Source: Gammaproteobacteria bacterium
GTDB taxonomy: Bacteria; Pseudomonadota; Gammaproteobacteria; Porifericomitales; Porifericomitaceae
DNA: 64,000 nt
NCBI GenBank assembly: GCA_014238615.1
Contig: JABAAT010000016.1
Span: 894 to 64,893 of the forward strand
Direction of reading: 5' to 3'
Shown here piece by piece: positions 1-10,197 of the stretch; positions within the stretch are counted from its first letter, which is position 1; each line of letters starts with the position of its first letter. The notes beneath the pieces were generated by a model. It made no database searches, was not told where the DNA came from, and was given only the letters and a program-made list of their open reading frames with translations. Position numbers and translations under genes: made by a program.

Positions 1-154
1 GGGTCAGGAGGAGGCTGCAGCCACCGTGGAGCGGGCCGTGCACGAGGTGCTGAAGAGCGGACTGCGCACCCCGGACATTCACAGCCCCAGAACCCGTAAG
101 GTGGGCACCCGGGAGTTGGGTGAGGCGGTTCTGGCGCAGATTCCAACGGTTTAG
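1..154 (+). CDS. leuB: 3-isopropylmalate dehydrogenase, C-terminal fragment (cut by window edge)
   Basis: Frame 2 reads GQEEAAATVERAVHEVLKSGLRTPDI...VGTRELGEAVLAQIPTV*, a typical LeuB C-terminus; conserved leuB-asd synteny. Confidence 0.85.
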   Translation, partial: GQEEAAATVERAVHEVLKSGLRTPDIHSPRTRKVGTRELGEAVLAQIPTV

Positions 155-159
155 CCTGA

Positions 160-1200
160 ATGCCCGGCGCTGGAAAATGGCGCGTGGCGGTGGTCGGCGC
201 TACCGGGGCGGTAGGCCGCGTCCTGCTGGAGTTATTGGCGCAGCGCGCTTTTCCCGTACGCCGGGTGACAGCCTTGGCCAGCGCCCGCTCCGCCGGCCGC
301 TGCCTGCCTTGGGGCGCAGGCGAAGTGACGGTGCAGCATCTGGAAGATTTTGATTTCCGGGAGGCTGACCTGGCGCTGTTCTCGGCCGGCGCGGCGGTTT
401 CCCGGGAGTATGCTCCACGCGCCGCGGCGTGTGACTGCGTCGTCATCGACAACACTTCCTGCTTCCGGGGCGATCCGGATGTGCCCTTGGTCGTGCCGGA
501 AGTCAATCCTGAAACCCTGGCTGCCTACGCGCGGCGCGGTATCATCGCCAATCCAAACTGCTCCACGATCCAGATGGTGGTGGTATTGAAGCCCTTGCAT
601 GACGCGGCCGGGCTGGAGCGGATTAATGTCTGCACTTACCAGGCGGTCTCCGGGGCCGGCACCCGTGCGCTCGGAGAACTGGAGGCGCAGAGCCGGGCCG
701 TGTTGGAGGGCAAGCCGGTGCAGGCCGAGGTGCTGCCTGCCAGGATCGCTTTCAACGCCCTGCCGCATATCGATCGTTTTGAGGACAACGGCTACACTCG
801 TGAGGAGATGAAGATGGTCCACGAGACACGCCGATTGCTGGCGTTGGAAGAACTCCGGATCAATCCAACCGCGGTGCGGGTGCCGATCTTCCACGGTCAT
901 TCGGAGGCCGTGCACATAGAGACCTGCCGTAAATTAAGTGCGTCCGAAGCGCGTGAACTGCTGGCCCGGGCCCCGGGCATACGCCTGCTGGACGAGCCCC
1001 GGGCCGGTGGCTATCCAACCGCGGCCGGTGAAGCACAGGGCAGCGATGCGGTTTACGTGGGCCGCATCCGGGAAGATATTTCTCATCCCCGTGGCCTGGA
1101 CTTCTGGGTGGTGTCCGACAACTTGCGCAAGGGGGCGGCGCTTAATAGCATACAAATCGCTGAATTGCTCATCAGCAAATACTTGAAGCCAAAAACTTAA
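160..1200 (+). CDS. asd: aspartate-semialdehyde dehydrogenase
   Basis: VVGATGAVG Rossmann motif, IANPNCST catalytic Cys, TYQAVSGAG, DNLRKGAALN. Confidence 0.97.
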   Translation: MPGAGKWRVAVVGATGAVGRVLLELLAQRAFPVRRVTALASARSAGRCLPWGAGEVTVQHLEDFDFREADLALFSAGAAVSREYAPRAAACDCVVIDNTSCFRGDPDVPLVVPEVNPETLAAYARRGIIANPNCSTIQMVVVLKPLHDAAGLERINVCTYQAVSGAGTRALGELEAQSRAVLEGKPVQAEVLPARIAFNALPHIDRFEDNGYTREEMKMVHETRRLLALEELRINPTAVRVPIFHGHSEAVHIETCRKLSASEARELLARAPGIRLLDEPRAGGYPTAAGEAQGSDAVYVGRIREDISHPRGLDFWVVSDNLRKGAALNSIQIAELLISKYLKPKT

Positions 1201-1204
1201 ATCT

Positions 1205-1213
1205 TGATATAAT
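1205..1213 (+). promoter_or_regulatory. extended -10 sigma70 promoter (TGnTATAAT) upstream of fimV
   Basis: TGATATAAT directly after the asd stop in an AT-rich patch; TTGAAG at 1183-1188. Confidence 0.55.
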
Positions 1214-1436
1214 GGCGAGCCGTTAGGTTCTTTAATCGTGAGGGCAGTTAACCTTGGGCTGATTAAATGAGCAGTCTGAAGCTGGTGGAAGGTGGAATCC
1301 CCAGGTAGGGAAATCAGGGCGGCCCAGGCGGCGCGGGTCTTCGTCGTCGTTTAAAAGGGATGGACGTGCCGCGTGGCCAGGTGCCTTAAAGCGCCCTTAA
1401 AGTACGTTGTTCTGGAGGGTCGGTCGAAAGCTCGCG

Positions 1437-4400
1437 ATGGACTCTGAATCGAAGCATCTACTGATGAAACTCAGAAAAAAACCATTGATGATTCAGTTTT
1501 TCACCTGGTTCTTACAAGGGGGGCGGCTGGCGCGGCGCCTGGCGTCCGGATTCCGTCTGTCGGCTTGCCTGGGGTTGATGTTGTCGTTTTGGCCGGGTTC
1601 GGCGTGGGCTGTCGGGCTGGGTACCCTGGAAGTTGATTCAACGCTGAATAAACCACTCAGCGCCAAAATTTACCTGCGTTCGGTGACGGAGCAGGAACTG
1701 GGGACGCTCGTGGTGGGACTCGCCGACATGCAGACCTACCGGCGCGTTGGACTCACCTATCCGGGGGGGTTGCGGGATATACGCCTGGAAGTGAAAGGTG
1801 GGCCGGAGAGCGGCTATTTTATTGCTCTCAGCAGTCGCGCGATCATTCGTGAGCCGATCGTGGAACTGCTTGTGGAAGTCTATTGGAGCGGCGGTCACCT
1901 GGTGCGCCGATATCCCTTGCTGCTGGATCCACCCGGGTATCAGGACCTGCTGCGGGCGCTGCCGGGTGCCGCTCCGCTTGAGATACCACCGCCGGAGGTT
2001 GAAGCCGTGGAACGGCGTCCCGTTCCGGATGAAGCCCGCCGCGGTGCTCCCGATTCTCCCACGGCACCCGCCGAGGCAGTGTCGCTTCCGGATCTTCCGG
2101 AGGCACCCCCGGTGCCGGACACGGGATTTCAGGGCGACACGTTCCGGAGCACCCGCCAGGGGGATACGCTCTGGGAGATCGCCGGGATCGTCCGGCCCAG
2201 CCCCGCGCTCAGCAGAAACCAGGTCATGCAGTCCCTGTTGCGGGCCAACCCGGAAGCCTTTTTCCTGGAAGGTAATATCAACGCCTTAAAAACCGGCCAA
2301 GTGCTGCGGATACCTTCCAGGGAGGAAATAGGGCGGATCGAGCCCGCCGAGGCGTTGGCTGTATCCCGTCAACATCACGAAGCCTGGCAGCGTTACCTGC
2401 TGGCCGAGAATCTAACGGTGCAGCCCGCGGTGAGCGGCCCCGGCCCCGCGACGCCCACGCCGCCTGCCCCGGAAGAACCCGTGGCGGCGGAGCCGTTTAT
2501 CGAGGCACCGCTTCCCGACGCTGAAGTGCGTGTGGTCGGCGCTGGATTGGGAGCAGCGGGGATCCCGGGGACGGGCGCGCCGGCGGATCGTGAGGGAACG
2601 GCGGAGCAACAGCAGGAAATTCTCTTGCTTCAGGAGCAGGTTGACTCCCTGGGACAGGAAAGGGATGAAGCGGAAGATCGTCTGCGGGAAAGCGACACCA
2701 TCAGGCAGGATCAGCAGCGCCTGTTGCAGCTCAAGGACGAAGAACTGAAGAATCTGCAGGACAGGCTGCGCGATTCCGAAGAACGTCTGCGGCGGTTGGA
2801 GCAGCAGCGTTTGGAGGGCGGGGATCGGCCCGCCGATGTGGAGCCGCCCCCGGAAAGTGAAGAGGAGCTTGTCGCCGTCCTTCCCGGGGCAGACGGTTTA
2901 GCCCAGCCCCCCGGGCAGGAAGCCCCGTTGGACGGGGAAAATATCGTACAGGAGGAGGCCCCGGTCGAGGCGGTGAGCGCCCCGGGTGACCCGTCAGGGA
3001 GGTTCCCGCGGGGGGGGATATGGCTGCTCATCATTGCGTTGTTTGCCGGGTTGCTTGTGCTCCTGTTCAGGTGGTCTCCCCTTCGGGAATCCCTGGGGCG
3101 GCGCAAGCTGATGCCAGGCTTTAGCTTCGCGCCAAGATGGGCTGCCGAGCCGACAGCGGGCATGGCGGACATGGACGATGACAAGACCAGCGTGGAGGCG
3201 ACAGCCGTTGAAATGGCCGTCACCGGGCCTGTTTCGCCGGCGCCGCGTGGGCGCATGGCGCCGCGTGGGCGCATGGCGCCGCGTGGGCGCATGGCGCCGC
3301 GTGAGCGCATGGATGATCGGACGGTGCCGGCTTCCCCAATGGACTCGGACATTACGGAAATTGAAGGGATCGTGGATTTCGAGAGGCGGGTTGAGGAGCA
3401 GTCAAGCGATTTTACGCCGGTGGCCCCGGTGACCGAAGCCATGCCGTCTGTTGAGGAGCCGCCGGAAGAGGAACAGTTGCCCCGGGAGGCCGGTGGAAGC
3501 GCGGGAGCCAGGGAAGGGAAAGATGAACTCTCGCTGAAAGAGCTTGAAGAAATTATTGACATGAGCAACTTGCCTGAATTCGATGAGCAGGCAGCGGTGA
3601 GCAAGGGGAAAACGTCCGGCGGCGAAGCCCGCATGGCTGAGATCAACGTGTTGATCGCCTATGAACAGTACAATCGGGCGGCCGAGTTCGTCAGGGAGGC
3701 ATTGAAGGAAGAACCTGAGAACGTTTCCTACCATCTAAAACTTTTAGAAATATACAAGGCGATGAACGATCAGAAGAAATTTGAGGAGGCGGCGCGTATC
3801 TTTCATGACAAGGTGGGCGGCCAGGGGGAGGCCTGGCAATCCGTTCAGGAGATGTGGAGCGGCATCTCCCCGGACCGGGAATTGTTCAAGGAAAGCGAAC
3901 AAGCGGTTATGGCGGCTACGCAGCGCCTTAGCGAAGAGGCCAGCCACAAGCTGTTGGAGCAAGGTGCAACCCAGGCGGAGGATCCGGCGGATGGCCAGGC
4001 GGATGGGAAGTATGGCCTGGAGTTTGAAACAGGTGATAAGCAAACCAAACAGGAGGAACCTAAGTTACAGACATTGGTTCTAGGAGACTTGGACACCGAC
4101 TCCAGTGAAATCTCGGATGATGAGCTGAAAACCGCCCTGAATGTATTCAAATCAGACGATGTGGATGTTTCAGAGGGGGAGGGCGATGTCGTGGAAGCCA
4201 CGGGTGACACCGTGCAGGTTGAGTACGACGTTTCGGAGGATGAAGCAGGTGAGGAAGGTGTCCTCGAAGCGGGGGAAGAGGAACTCCCGGATGAATCAGA
4301 AATCGATGAAATCCAGGAGAAATTGATTTTGACCTTGGGAGGGGGAGACTTGGAACCCGAGCTTTTGGAGGTGCGGAAAAGTCACGAAGCCGGGGAGTTG

Positions 4401-5762
4401 CCGCACGACGACGTGGAACTTAAGCCTGAAGCAGTGTCCCTGAAATCCGTGACCGAGGAGCAGGTGGATTCCGGGACAGAGGAACTGCCCAGGGAAAGTG
4501 CGGCGGGAACGGAAGCGGTGCCGCCGGTTCTGGAACCGGCGGGTGACACGAACAGCAAGGCGGAAAGGTTGTTGAGCCGGGAGGAAGTCACCGAAGAAAT
4601 CTCCCAAGGTGGCGGCGCCGCCGCGGAGATGGAGCCTGAAGCGGCGTTCCTGGAGATTCCAGGGGAGGATGTAGAGCAGCCTTCCGTGACGGCTGAAGGC
4701 GCTGTCCCTTCCGGAACAATGCCGCTGGATTCGGAAACCGCGGATGTCGCGTCGCGACGCCCGTTGTTGAGCCGGGAGGAGGCTGCCGGGGAGCCTTTGA
4801 GCAACCTGGATGCCGCGGTAGTCAGCGACCAGGAACTGGAAGGGACCATCTCGGAGTTAATGAGTGAGGCCGGAATGAGCGCCCTCGACCAGGTGGCCGC
4901 CGGCACTAAGGAAAAAGTGGACCTGGAGTCTTTGGATCGTGCTGTTATGGCGGCGGCCGAGAGCAAGACAACGGATCTCCAGGGACAGGAGACGGCCGAT
5001 GCAGAGAAGCAGCCAGGGGTGCCTGAGGAGAACTGGCTGCATCTTGACAGCGTTGTGGAGCAGGAGGAAACGACGGGGGCGGGGCGGGCGGCCCCCCCCG
5101 CGGAAGAAAGCGCGCATTTGCGCTCGCTCCAAACCGGAGAAGCCACACCTGCCAGTGAAAGCATTGAGGTCACCACCGAGGAATTGGAATACACGATCAG
5201 CAGCCTGACGATCGACGAGAAGGATTCGGGAACAAGCCCAGGGAGTTCTCCAGGAGATGTTACCGAGGACATTCAATCCAGAAAGTCGCCGTCGGTGTTG
5301 GAACTGACGGACAGGGAGGAGGGGGATGTGACTGCAGCCAGCTTGCTTAGCCAGATGGAAGAAATTTCCGTAGATGAGACTCATTCCATTGTTGAGGCGG
5401 ACGCCGAGGAGGAGAAATCCGCCCGTCTCCATATTTCTGAGGGTGAAACCGAGGTAGATATGGATTTGAGCGAAGATGACAGCAATGACAGCATGGAGGC
5501 CGTATCAAGTCAGCTTATCGAGGATCTCGGAGGCAAGAGCAGTATTACGAGTTCGATACTGGGTGGTATCTCCCATGAGTTGGACGAGGAAGAGAAAGGC
5601 ACCGAGGAGGAGATGGATATTCAGCTGGATCTGGCGCGGGCTTATGCGGAACTGGGAGACAGGGGAAATGCCAGGAATTCCATTGAAGCCATCATGGCCG
5701 GCGGCGATGAGGAGCAAAAATTCAATGCCAAAGAGCTGTTGAAAAGCTTGGGAGAGGAATAA
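1437..5762 (+). CDS. fimV: FimV/HubP polar landmark protein (start uncertain: 1437, 1464 or 1488)
   Basis: AVGLGTLEVDSTLNKPLSAKI N-domain, YPLLLDPP, LysM-like GDTLWEIA...NPEAF...NINALKTGQVLRIP, coiled coil, TM helix, long acidic region, C-terminal QLDLARAYAELGD TPR; asd-fimV-truA synteny. Confidence 0.92.
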   Translation: MDSESKHLLMKLRKKPLMIQFFTWFLQGGRLARRLASGFRLSACLGLMLSFWPGSAWAVGLGTLEVDSTLNKPLSAKIYLRSVTEQELGTLVVGLADMQTYRRVGLTYPGGLRDIRLEVKGGPESGYFIALSSRAIIREPIVELLVEVYWSGGHLVRRYPLLLDPPGYQDLLRALPGAAPLEIPPPEVEAVERRPVPDEARRGAPDSPTAPAEAVSLPDLPEAPPVPDTGFQGDTFRSTRQGDTLWEIAGIVRPSPALSRNQVMQSLLRANPEAFFLEGNINALKTGQVLRIPSREEIGRIEPAEALAVSRQHHEAWQRYLLAENLTVQPAVSGPGPATPTPPAPEEPVAAEPFIEAPLPDAEVRVVGAGLGAAGIPGTGAPADREGTAEQQQEILLLQEQVDSLGQERDEAEDRLRESDTIRQDQQRLLQLKDEELKNLQDRLRDSEERLRRLEQQRLEGGDRPADVEPPPESEEELVAVLPGADGLAQPPGQEAPLDGENIVQEEAPVEAVSAPGDPSGRFPRGGIWLLIIALFAGLLVLLFRWSPLRESLGRRKLMPGFSFAPRWAAEPTAGMADMDDDKTSVEATAVEMAVTGPVSPAPRGRMAPRGRMAPRGRMAPRERMDDRTVPASPMDSDITEIEGIVDFERRVEEQSSDFTPVAPVTEAMPSVEEPPEEEQLPREAGGSAGAREGKDELSLKELEEIIDMSNLPEFDEQAAVSKGKTSGGEARMAEINVLIAYEQYNRAAEFVREALKEEPENVSYHLKLLEIYKAMNDQKKFEEAARIFHDKVGGQGEAWQSVQEMWSGISPDRELFKESEQAVMAATQRLSEEASHKLLEQGATQAEDPADGQADGKYGLEFETGDKQTKQEEPKLQTLVLGDLDTDSSEISDDELKTALNVFKSDDVDVSEGEGDVVEATGDTVQVEYDVSEDEAGEEGVLEAGEEELPDESEIDEIQEKLILTLGGGDLEPELLEVRKSHEAGELPHDDVELKPEAVSLKSVTEEQVDSGTEELPRESAAGTEAVPPVLEPAGDTNSKAERLLSREEVTEEISQGGGAAAEMEPEAAFLEIPGEDVEQPSVTAEGAVPSGTMPLDSETADVASRRPLLSREEAAGEPLSNLDAAVVSDQELEGTISELMSEAGMSALDQVAAGTKEKVDLESLDRAVMAAAESKTTDLQGQETADAEKQPGVPEENWLHLDSVVEQEETTGAGRAAPPAEESAHLRSLQTGEATPASESIEVTTEELEYTISSLTIDEKDSGTSPGSSPGDVTEDIQSRKSPSVLELTDREEGDVTAASLLSQMEEISVDETHSIVEADAEEEKSARLHISEGETEVDMDLSEDDSNDSMEAVSSQLIEDLGGKSSITSSILGGISHELDEEEKGTEEEMDIQLDLARAYAELGDRGNARNSIEAIMAGGDEEQKFNAKELLKSLGEE
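3239..3312 (+). repeat. 18-bp tandem repeat x4 inside fimV (encodes APRGRM)
   Basis: ggcgccgcgtgggcgcat x3 plus ggcgccgcgtgagcgcat. Confidence 0.95.
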
Positions 5763-6060
5763 CCGGGAGCCCGTATTCCGTAGATTCTCCGTAGGTTGAG
5801 TCAGTCGCTTGGCGCAATCCATCCATTCCCCCGCCGATCTTTTGCAAAACTTTCGCGGAACCCGGCGCCTGGCCGGGGGCGGGTGCTCCCTCCCGCCTGG
5901 TGCGCATGACCTCGAGGACGGACTCCGGTGGTGCGCACGCCCAGGTTTTTTGCATGGATCAATCTTCATCCGGCTCCATCCATCCCGCGGCGGCTATCGC
6001 CTGTGTGCCGGTCCCCCCGCGTTGCTTTTGAACCTGCCGCTTTTGCTGTTATGGGGGTGT

Positions 6061-6400
6061 TTATCGGCGACCGCCGGAAGCATGGAGAGGTGTGCCCGCG
6101 GCTTTGCGGCGCATGCGTTTCCCGGTTCCCGCCCAATTCCTGTCCCGGGTCTGGACGCGGGGCGGCCCAGGCGGCGTTGCGTTGGACCTGCTGTTGATGT
6201 GTGCCTTCCGACCGGCCCTGCTGTTGCTCGTGGCCCGCGTCATGTTGCCGCTTGAGAAGCAAGCCTTACTGGAAGGTCTGTACTGGTGGTGCGGGCCCCT
6301 GGCAAGCTGTAGGCTGCGAGGCCGCCTTCCGGCACCACGCCTGGGATTGGCCGTGCACTACAGCGGCGTTCCGCAACGCGCCCCGTTGCCGGACGCGGGA
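6061..6400 (-). pseudogene. possible heavily degraded IS (IS1182/IS5-like) transposase C-terminal remnant
   Basis: Minus-strand fragments in shifting frames read CSARPI/QAWCR...RAG/EGT...RLGR/PRV...RRKAAG, resembling the CxxCP..C and RAGVEGT..LGRLRVRG..LKAAGxN motifs; no intact ORF. Confidence 0.25.
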
Positions 6401-6564
6401 ACGGCGGTCCGCTTGGAGCGGAGCGTAGGCTTGCAGCGCCCGGCGCCGCACCGTCGTGCCTGGCTGTTGCCGGGCGCTTCGCTGTTTTATGACGGCGGTT
6501 GTGATGCCTTGCCCCAAGGCGCCTTCCGGGCGGCGGCGGATGCTGTTTTCCAGGGAGCGGCGCC

Positions 6565-7461
6565 TTGATACCAGGAGACTACCCCGCTCCGGAGGAGCCT
6601 GCGGATCTGCGGAGTGAGGTCCTGAACGAAGCGCCCGGCGCGCGGCGTATCGCTCTGGGGGTCGAATATTGTGGTCGGTACTACCAGGGCTGGCAGTGCC
6701 AGGATGGGGTTCCAACCGTGCAGGGGAAGCTGATGCAGGCCCTGTCCAGGGTGGCCGACACACCGCTGCGAGTGCATGGCTCGGGGCGCACCGATGCGGG
6801 GGTGCACGCCACCGCCCAGGTGGCGCATTTTGATACGCGTGTGCGGCGTGCCTGTCGGGACTGGATGCTGGGCGCGAACGCCTGTTTACCTGAGGACATC
6901 CGGGTGCTGTGGGTCCGCGAGGTGCCGAGTGATTTTCATGCGCGCCACAGTGCCTTGCGGCGGCGCTACCGCTACCTGGTGCATAATGCTCTAAGTCGTT
7001 CCGCGCTGTACACAGGCCTGCTCAGCTGGGAGCCCCGCACCCTGGTGTTGGAAGACATGCGAGCCGCCGCCCGCCACCTGGAGGGACACCATGATTTCAC
7101 TTCCTTCCGGGCCGCCTCCTGCGGCGCCCGCAATCCATGCCGCACCCTCTACGAATTGCGGGTGTGGACTGTTGGGGAATTACTGATCGTGGAAGTGGAA
7201 GCCGATGCTTTTCTGCACCATATGGTGCGCAACATCGCCGGGCTGCTGCTTGAAATCGGCCTGGGCAGACGGCCTCCCGAGTGGGCGGCTGAAGTGTTGG
7301 CGCTTCGCGAGCGGCGGCGCGCCGCCCGCACGGCGGCTGCGGCCGGCCTCTACCTGGTGCACTTGCGTTATCCAAGGCGTTTCCGGTTGCCGAGCACGGT
7401 GGCGCGCCCGGCCTGGCCGGCGCCTGACCCGCCGGTTCCCGGAATGGCGGGCGGGGTGTGA
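6565..7461 (+). CDS. truA: tRNA pseudouridine(38-40) synthase
   Basis: RIALGVEY..GWQ, GSGRTDAGVHATAQVAHFD, FHARHSA, AFLHHMVRNI. Confidence 0.96.
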   Translation: MIPGDYPAPEEPADLRSEVLNEAPGARRIALGVEYCGRYYQGWQCQDGVPTVQGKLMQALSRVADTPLRVHGSGRTDAGVHATAQVAHFDTRVRRACRDWMLGANACLPEDIRVLWVREVPSDFHARHSALRRRYRYLVHNALSRSALYTGLLSWEPRTLVLEDMRAAARHLEGHHDFTSFRAASCGARNPCRTLYELRVWTVGELLIVEVEADAFLHHMVRNIAGLLLEIGLGRRPPEWAAEVLALRERRRAARTAAAAGLYLVHLRYPRRFRLPSTVARPAWPAPDPPVPGMAGGV

Positions 7462-8111
7462 AGGGCGCCAAGTTCCTGGCGGCGCGGGAGCAGCCGGAAG
7501 TGCGTGTGAAATGCTGCGGCCTGAACCGGGTGGAGGAGGCCATGGCCGCGGCGCAACTGGGGGTGGACGCCATCGGCCTGGTGTTTTACCGGCACAGTCC
7601 GCGCCGGGTCAGCATGGCCGCGGCACGGGAGATCAGTTCCGCCCTGCCCCGGGAGGTCGCCCGAGTCGGTCTGTTCGTAAACGCCCCGATATCCGAAGTG
7701 GAGGCGGTGCTCGCCGAAGTGCCGTTAGACCTGTTGCAGTTTCATGGCGACGAAACGCCGGCTTATTGCGGCCGTTTTGGCCGCCCGTATCTCAAGGCGC
7801 TGCGCTTGAGTGACGCCGGCCCGCACCCGCCTTACCCTTTTACGGAGGCCTTTGCTTTACTATTGGATAGTTTCCAGGAAAGATGCTACGGCGGCACCGG
7901 TAAGACCTTCGCATGGTCCCTGGCCCGGGACTTTCACGGCGCGCGTATCGTTTTGGCGGGCGGCCTGGATGCCGCCAATGTGGCGCAGGCCATCCGTGCG
8001 ACAACGCCCTATGCCGTGGATGTCAGTAGCGGCGTGGAAGCGGCGCCGGGGCGTAAGGATACTGAAAAGATCGCTTTTTTTCTGCGTGAGGTTAAAAATG
8101 CCTTTACATGA
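7458..8111 (+). CDS. trpF: phosphoribosylanthranilate isomerase
   Basis: [47 protein letters not shown]. Confidence 0.96.
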   Translation: MKGAKFLAAREQPEVRVKCCGLNRVEEAMAAAQLGVDAIGLVFYRHSPRRVSMAAAREISSALPREVARVGLFVNAPISEVEAVLAEVPLDLLQFHGDETPAYCGRFGRPYLKALRLSDAGPHPPYPFTEAFALLLDSFQERCYGGTGKTFAWSLARDFHGARIVLAGGLDAANVAQAIRATTPYAVDVSSGVEAAPGRKDTEKIAFFLREVKNAFT

Positions 8112-9330
8112 TTCCGCGGCGGTTGCTGCTTCCGGGGTGCCGGATGCTTCTGGCCATTTCGGTCCCTACGGGGGGCGGTTCGTGGCGGAGACCTTGATGG
8201 CGCCGCTGGCCGAGCTGGAAGCGGCCTGGCGGCGTTACCTGCCCGACTCGGAATTCCAGCGTGAACTACGGGATGAACTGCGTGATTTCGTAGGCCGTCC
8301 CACGCCGCTCTACCTTGCGGCGCGCTGGAGCCGCAGCCTGGGAGGAGCGCGCATCTACCTGAAGCGCGAGGATCTAAGCCATACCGGTGCTCACAAAATC
8401 AACAACACGGTAGGGCAGGCCCTGCTGGCGGTGCGCATGGGCAAGCGCCGCATCATCGCGGAAACCGGCGCCGGTCAGCACGGGGTCGCTTGTGCCGCGA
8501 CGGCGGCCCGCCACGGCTTGCCCTGCGTGGTTTACATGGGAGAGGAGGATACCCGCCGCCAGGCTCCGAATGTCTCGCGCATGCGCCTCCTGGGCGCCGA
8601 GATCGTGACAGTGAACAGCGGTTCGCGCACCCTCAAGGACGCGCTGAACGAGGCCCTGCGGGACTGGGTGGCGAATGTTGACGAGACCTTCTACATCATC
8701 GGTTCGGTGGCCGGGCCGCATCCCTACCCGGCCTTGGTGCGCGATCTGCAGACGGTCATTGGACGTGAGGCCAGGGAGCAGTGCCTGGAGCGGCTGGGAC
8801 GGCTGCCGCACGCGCTGGTTGCCTGCGTGGGTGGCGGTTCCAACGCCATCGGCCTGTTTCATCCCTTCCTGGAAGATCGGGACGTGGCGTTGTACGGGGT
8901 GGAGGCGGGCGGTCTGGGCCTGGATTCCGGCCGCCACGCCGCACCGCTGAACAGCGGCGCGCCCGGAGTGTTGCACGGCGCCCGCAGCTACCTGATGAGC
9001 GATGCCGACGGACAGGTTCTGCCCACGCACTCCATCTCGGCCGGGCTGGATTACCCCGGGGTCGGACCGGAACACGCCTGGCTCAAGGACAGGTGCCGGG
9101 TGCACTACGATGTGGTGGAAGACGCGGAGGCCGTGGAGGCCTTTCATGCATTGAGTCGCAACGAGGGTATTCTCCCGGCGCTGGAGAGCAGCCACGCCCT
9201 GGCTTACGCGGCCCGGTTGGCGCGTGAACTCGGCCCCGAGGGGATCATCCTGGTCAATCTTTCGGGCCGGGGTGACAAAGACTTACAGAATGTGCTTGAG
9301 GCCCAGGCCGTTCCTGGCGCCGCCGCGTAG
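8098..9330 (+). CDS. trpB: tryptophan synthase beta chain (ATG at 8098, not the ORF-track start)
   Basis: [31 protein letters not shown] (PLP Lys), [21 protein letters not shown]. Confidence 0.97.
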   Translation: MPLHDSAAVAASGVPDASGHFGPYGGRFVAETLMAPLAELEAAWRRYLPDSEFQRELRDELRDFVGRPTPLYLAARWSRSLGGARIYLKREDLSHTGAHKINNTVGQALLAVRMGKRRIIAETGAGQHGVACAATAARHGLPCVVYMGEEDTRRQAPNVSRMRLLGAEIVTVNSGSRTLKDALNEALRDWVANVDETFYIIGSVAGPHPYPALVRDLQTVIGREAREQCLERLGRLPHALVACVGGGSNAIGLFHPFLEDRDVALYGVEAGGLGLDSGRHAAPLNSGAPGVLHGARSYLMSDADGQVLPTHSISAGLDYPGVGPEHAWLKDRCRVHYDVVEDAEAVEAFHALSRNEGILPALESSHALAYAARLARELGPEGIILVNLSGRGDKDLQNVLEAQAVPGAAA

Positions 9331-9363
9331 TGCGCCAGTGGCGATCTGCGGGGAAAGATCACC

Positions 9364-10197
9364 GTGAGCGTTGGGCGTATCCAGGAATGTTTCCAACGCC
9401 TTGCCGCGGAACGCCGCAAAGCGTTGATTCCTTTTGTCACCGCCGGCGACCCGGGAACGGAGCAGACAGTGCCGATCCTGCAAGCCCTGGTCAGCGGAGG
9501 AGCGGACCTGCTGGAATTGGGAGTGCCTTTTTCAGACCCCATGGCGGATGGCCCCGTGATCCAGGGTTCCAGCGAGCGCGCCCTGAAGCGCGGCGTCGGC
9601 CTGCGGGCGGTGTTGCAGATGGTCAGCACGTTTCGCGAGACGGATTGCCGTACTCCGCTGGTGTTGATGGGCTACCTGAACCCGGTGGAAAGGATGGGCC
9701 ACGCGGAGTTTTGCGAGCGCGCGCACGCGGCCGGAGTAGACGGTGTGCTGATCGTGGATATGCCGTTGGAGGAAGCAGGTCCGTTGCGCGCCGAACTGCG
9801 GGCGCGGCAATTAGACTGCGTGATGCTGGCCGCGCCGACCACCTCCGCCGCGCGCCTGCGACGCATCGGCCGGCAGGTGAGCGGCTTCCTTTACTACGTG
9901 ACACTGAAAGGGGTGACGGGCAGTACGCGGTTGCAGGTGGCGGCCGTGACCGAGGCCTTGCAACAGGTGCGCGCCTGCATCGGCGCCTTGCCCCTGGCGG
10001 TCGGTTTCGGCATCAAGAACGCTGCCGGGGTGGCGGCGTTGGCGCCGCTGGGGGACGCGGTGGTGGTGGGTAGTGCGCTGGTGGACAACTTGGCGGCAGC
10101 GGCGCGGCGGGGTGAGTCACCGGCGCAAAGCGCCGAGGATTTTGCGCGCACCATGCGCGCCGCCCTGGACAGTGCTTCGCGGAACCAGGAATCATGA
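9364..10197 (+). CDS. trpA: tryptophan synthase alpha chain
   Basis: [49 protein letters not shown]. Confidence 0.97.
   Translation: MSVGRIQECFQRLAAERRKALIPFVTAGDPGTEQTVPILQALVSGGADLLELGVPFSDPMADGPVIQGSSERALKRGVGLRAVLQMVSTFRETDCRTPLVLMGYLNPVERMGHAEFCERAHAAGVDGVLIVDMPLEEAGPLRAELRARQLDCVMLAAPTTSAARLRRIGRQVSGFLYYVTLKGVTGSTRLQVAAVTEALQQVRACIGALPLAVGFGIKNAAGVAALAPLGDAVVVGSALVDNLAAAARRGESPAQSAEDFARTMRAALDSASRNQES

Noticed and set aside
7810-8097. Long N-terminal extensions in the ORF track (trpB, fdh1A, fhcC, sucB, nadE, sucC, EF-hand gene)
   Set aside because: Artefacts of taking the most upstream start; they overlap the upstream gene or lack an RBS, and homology begins at a downstream ATG
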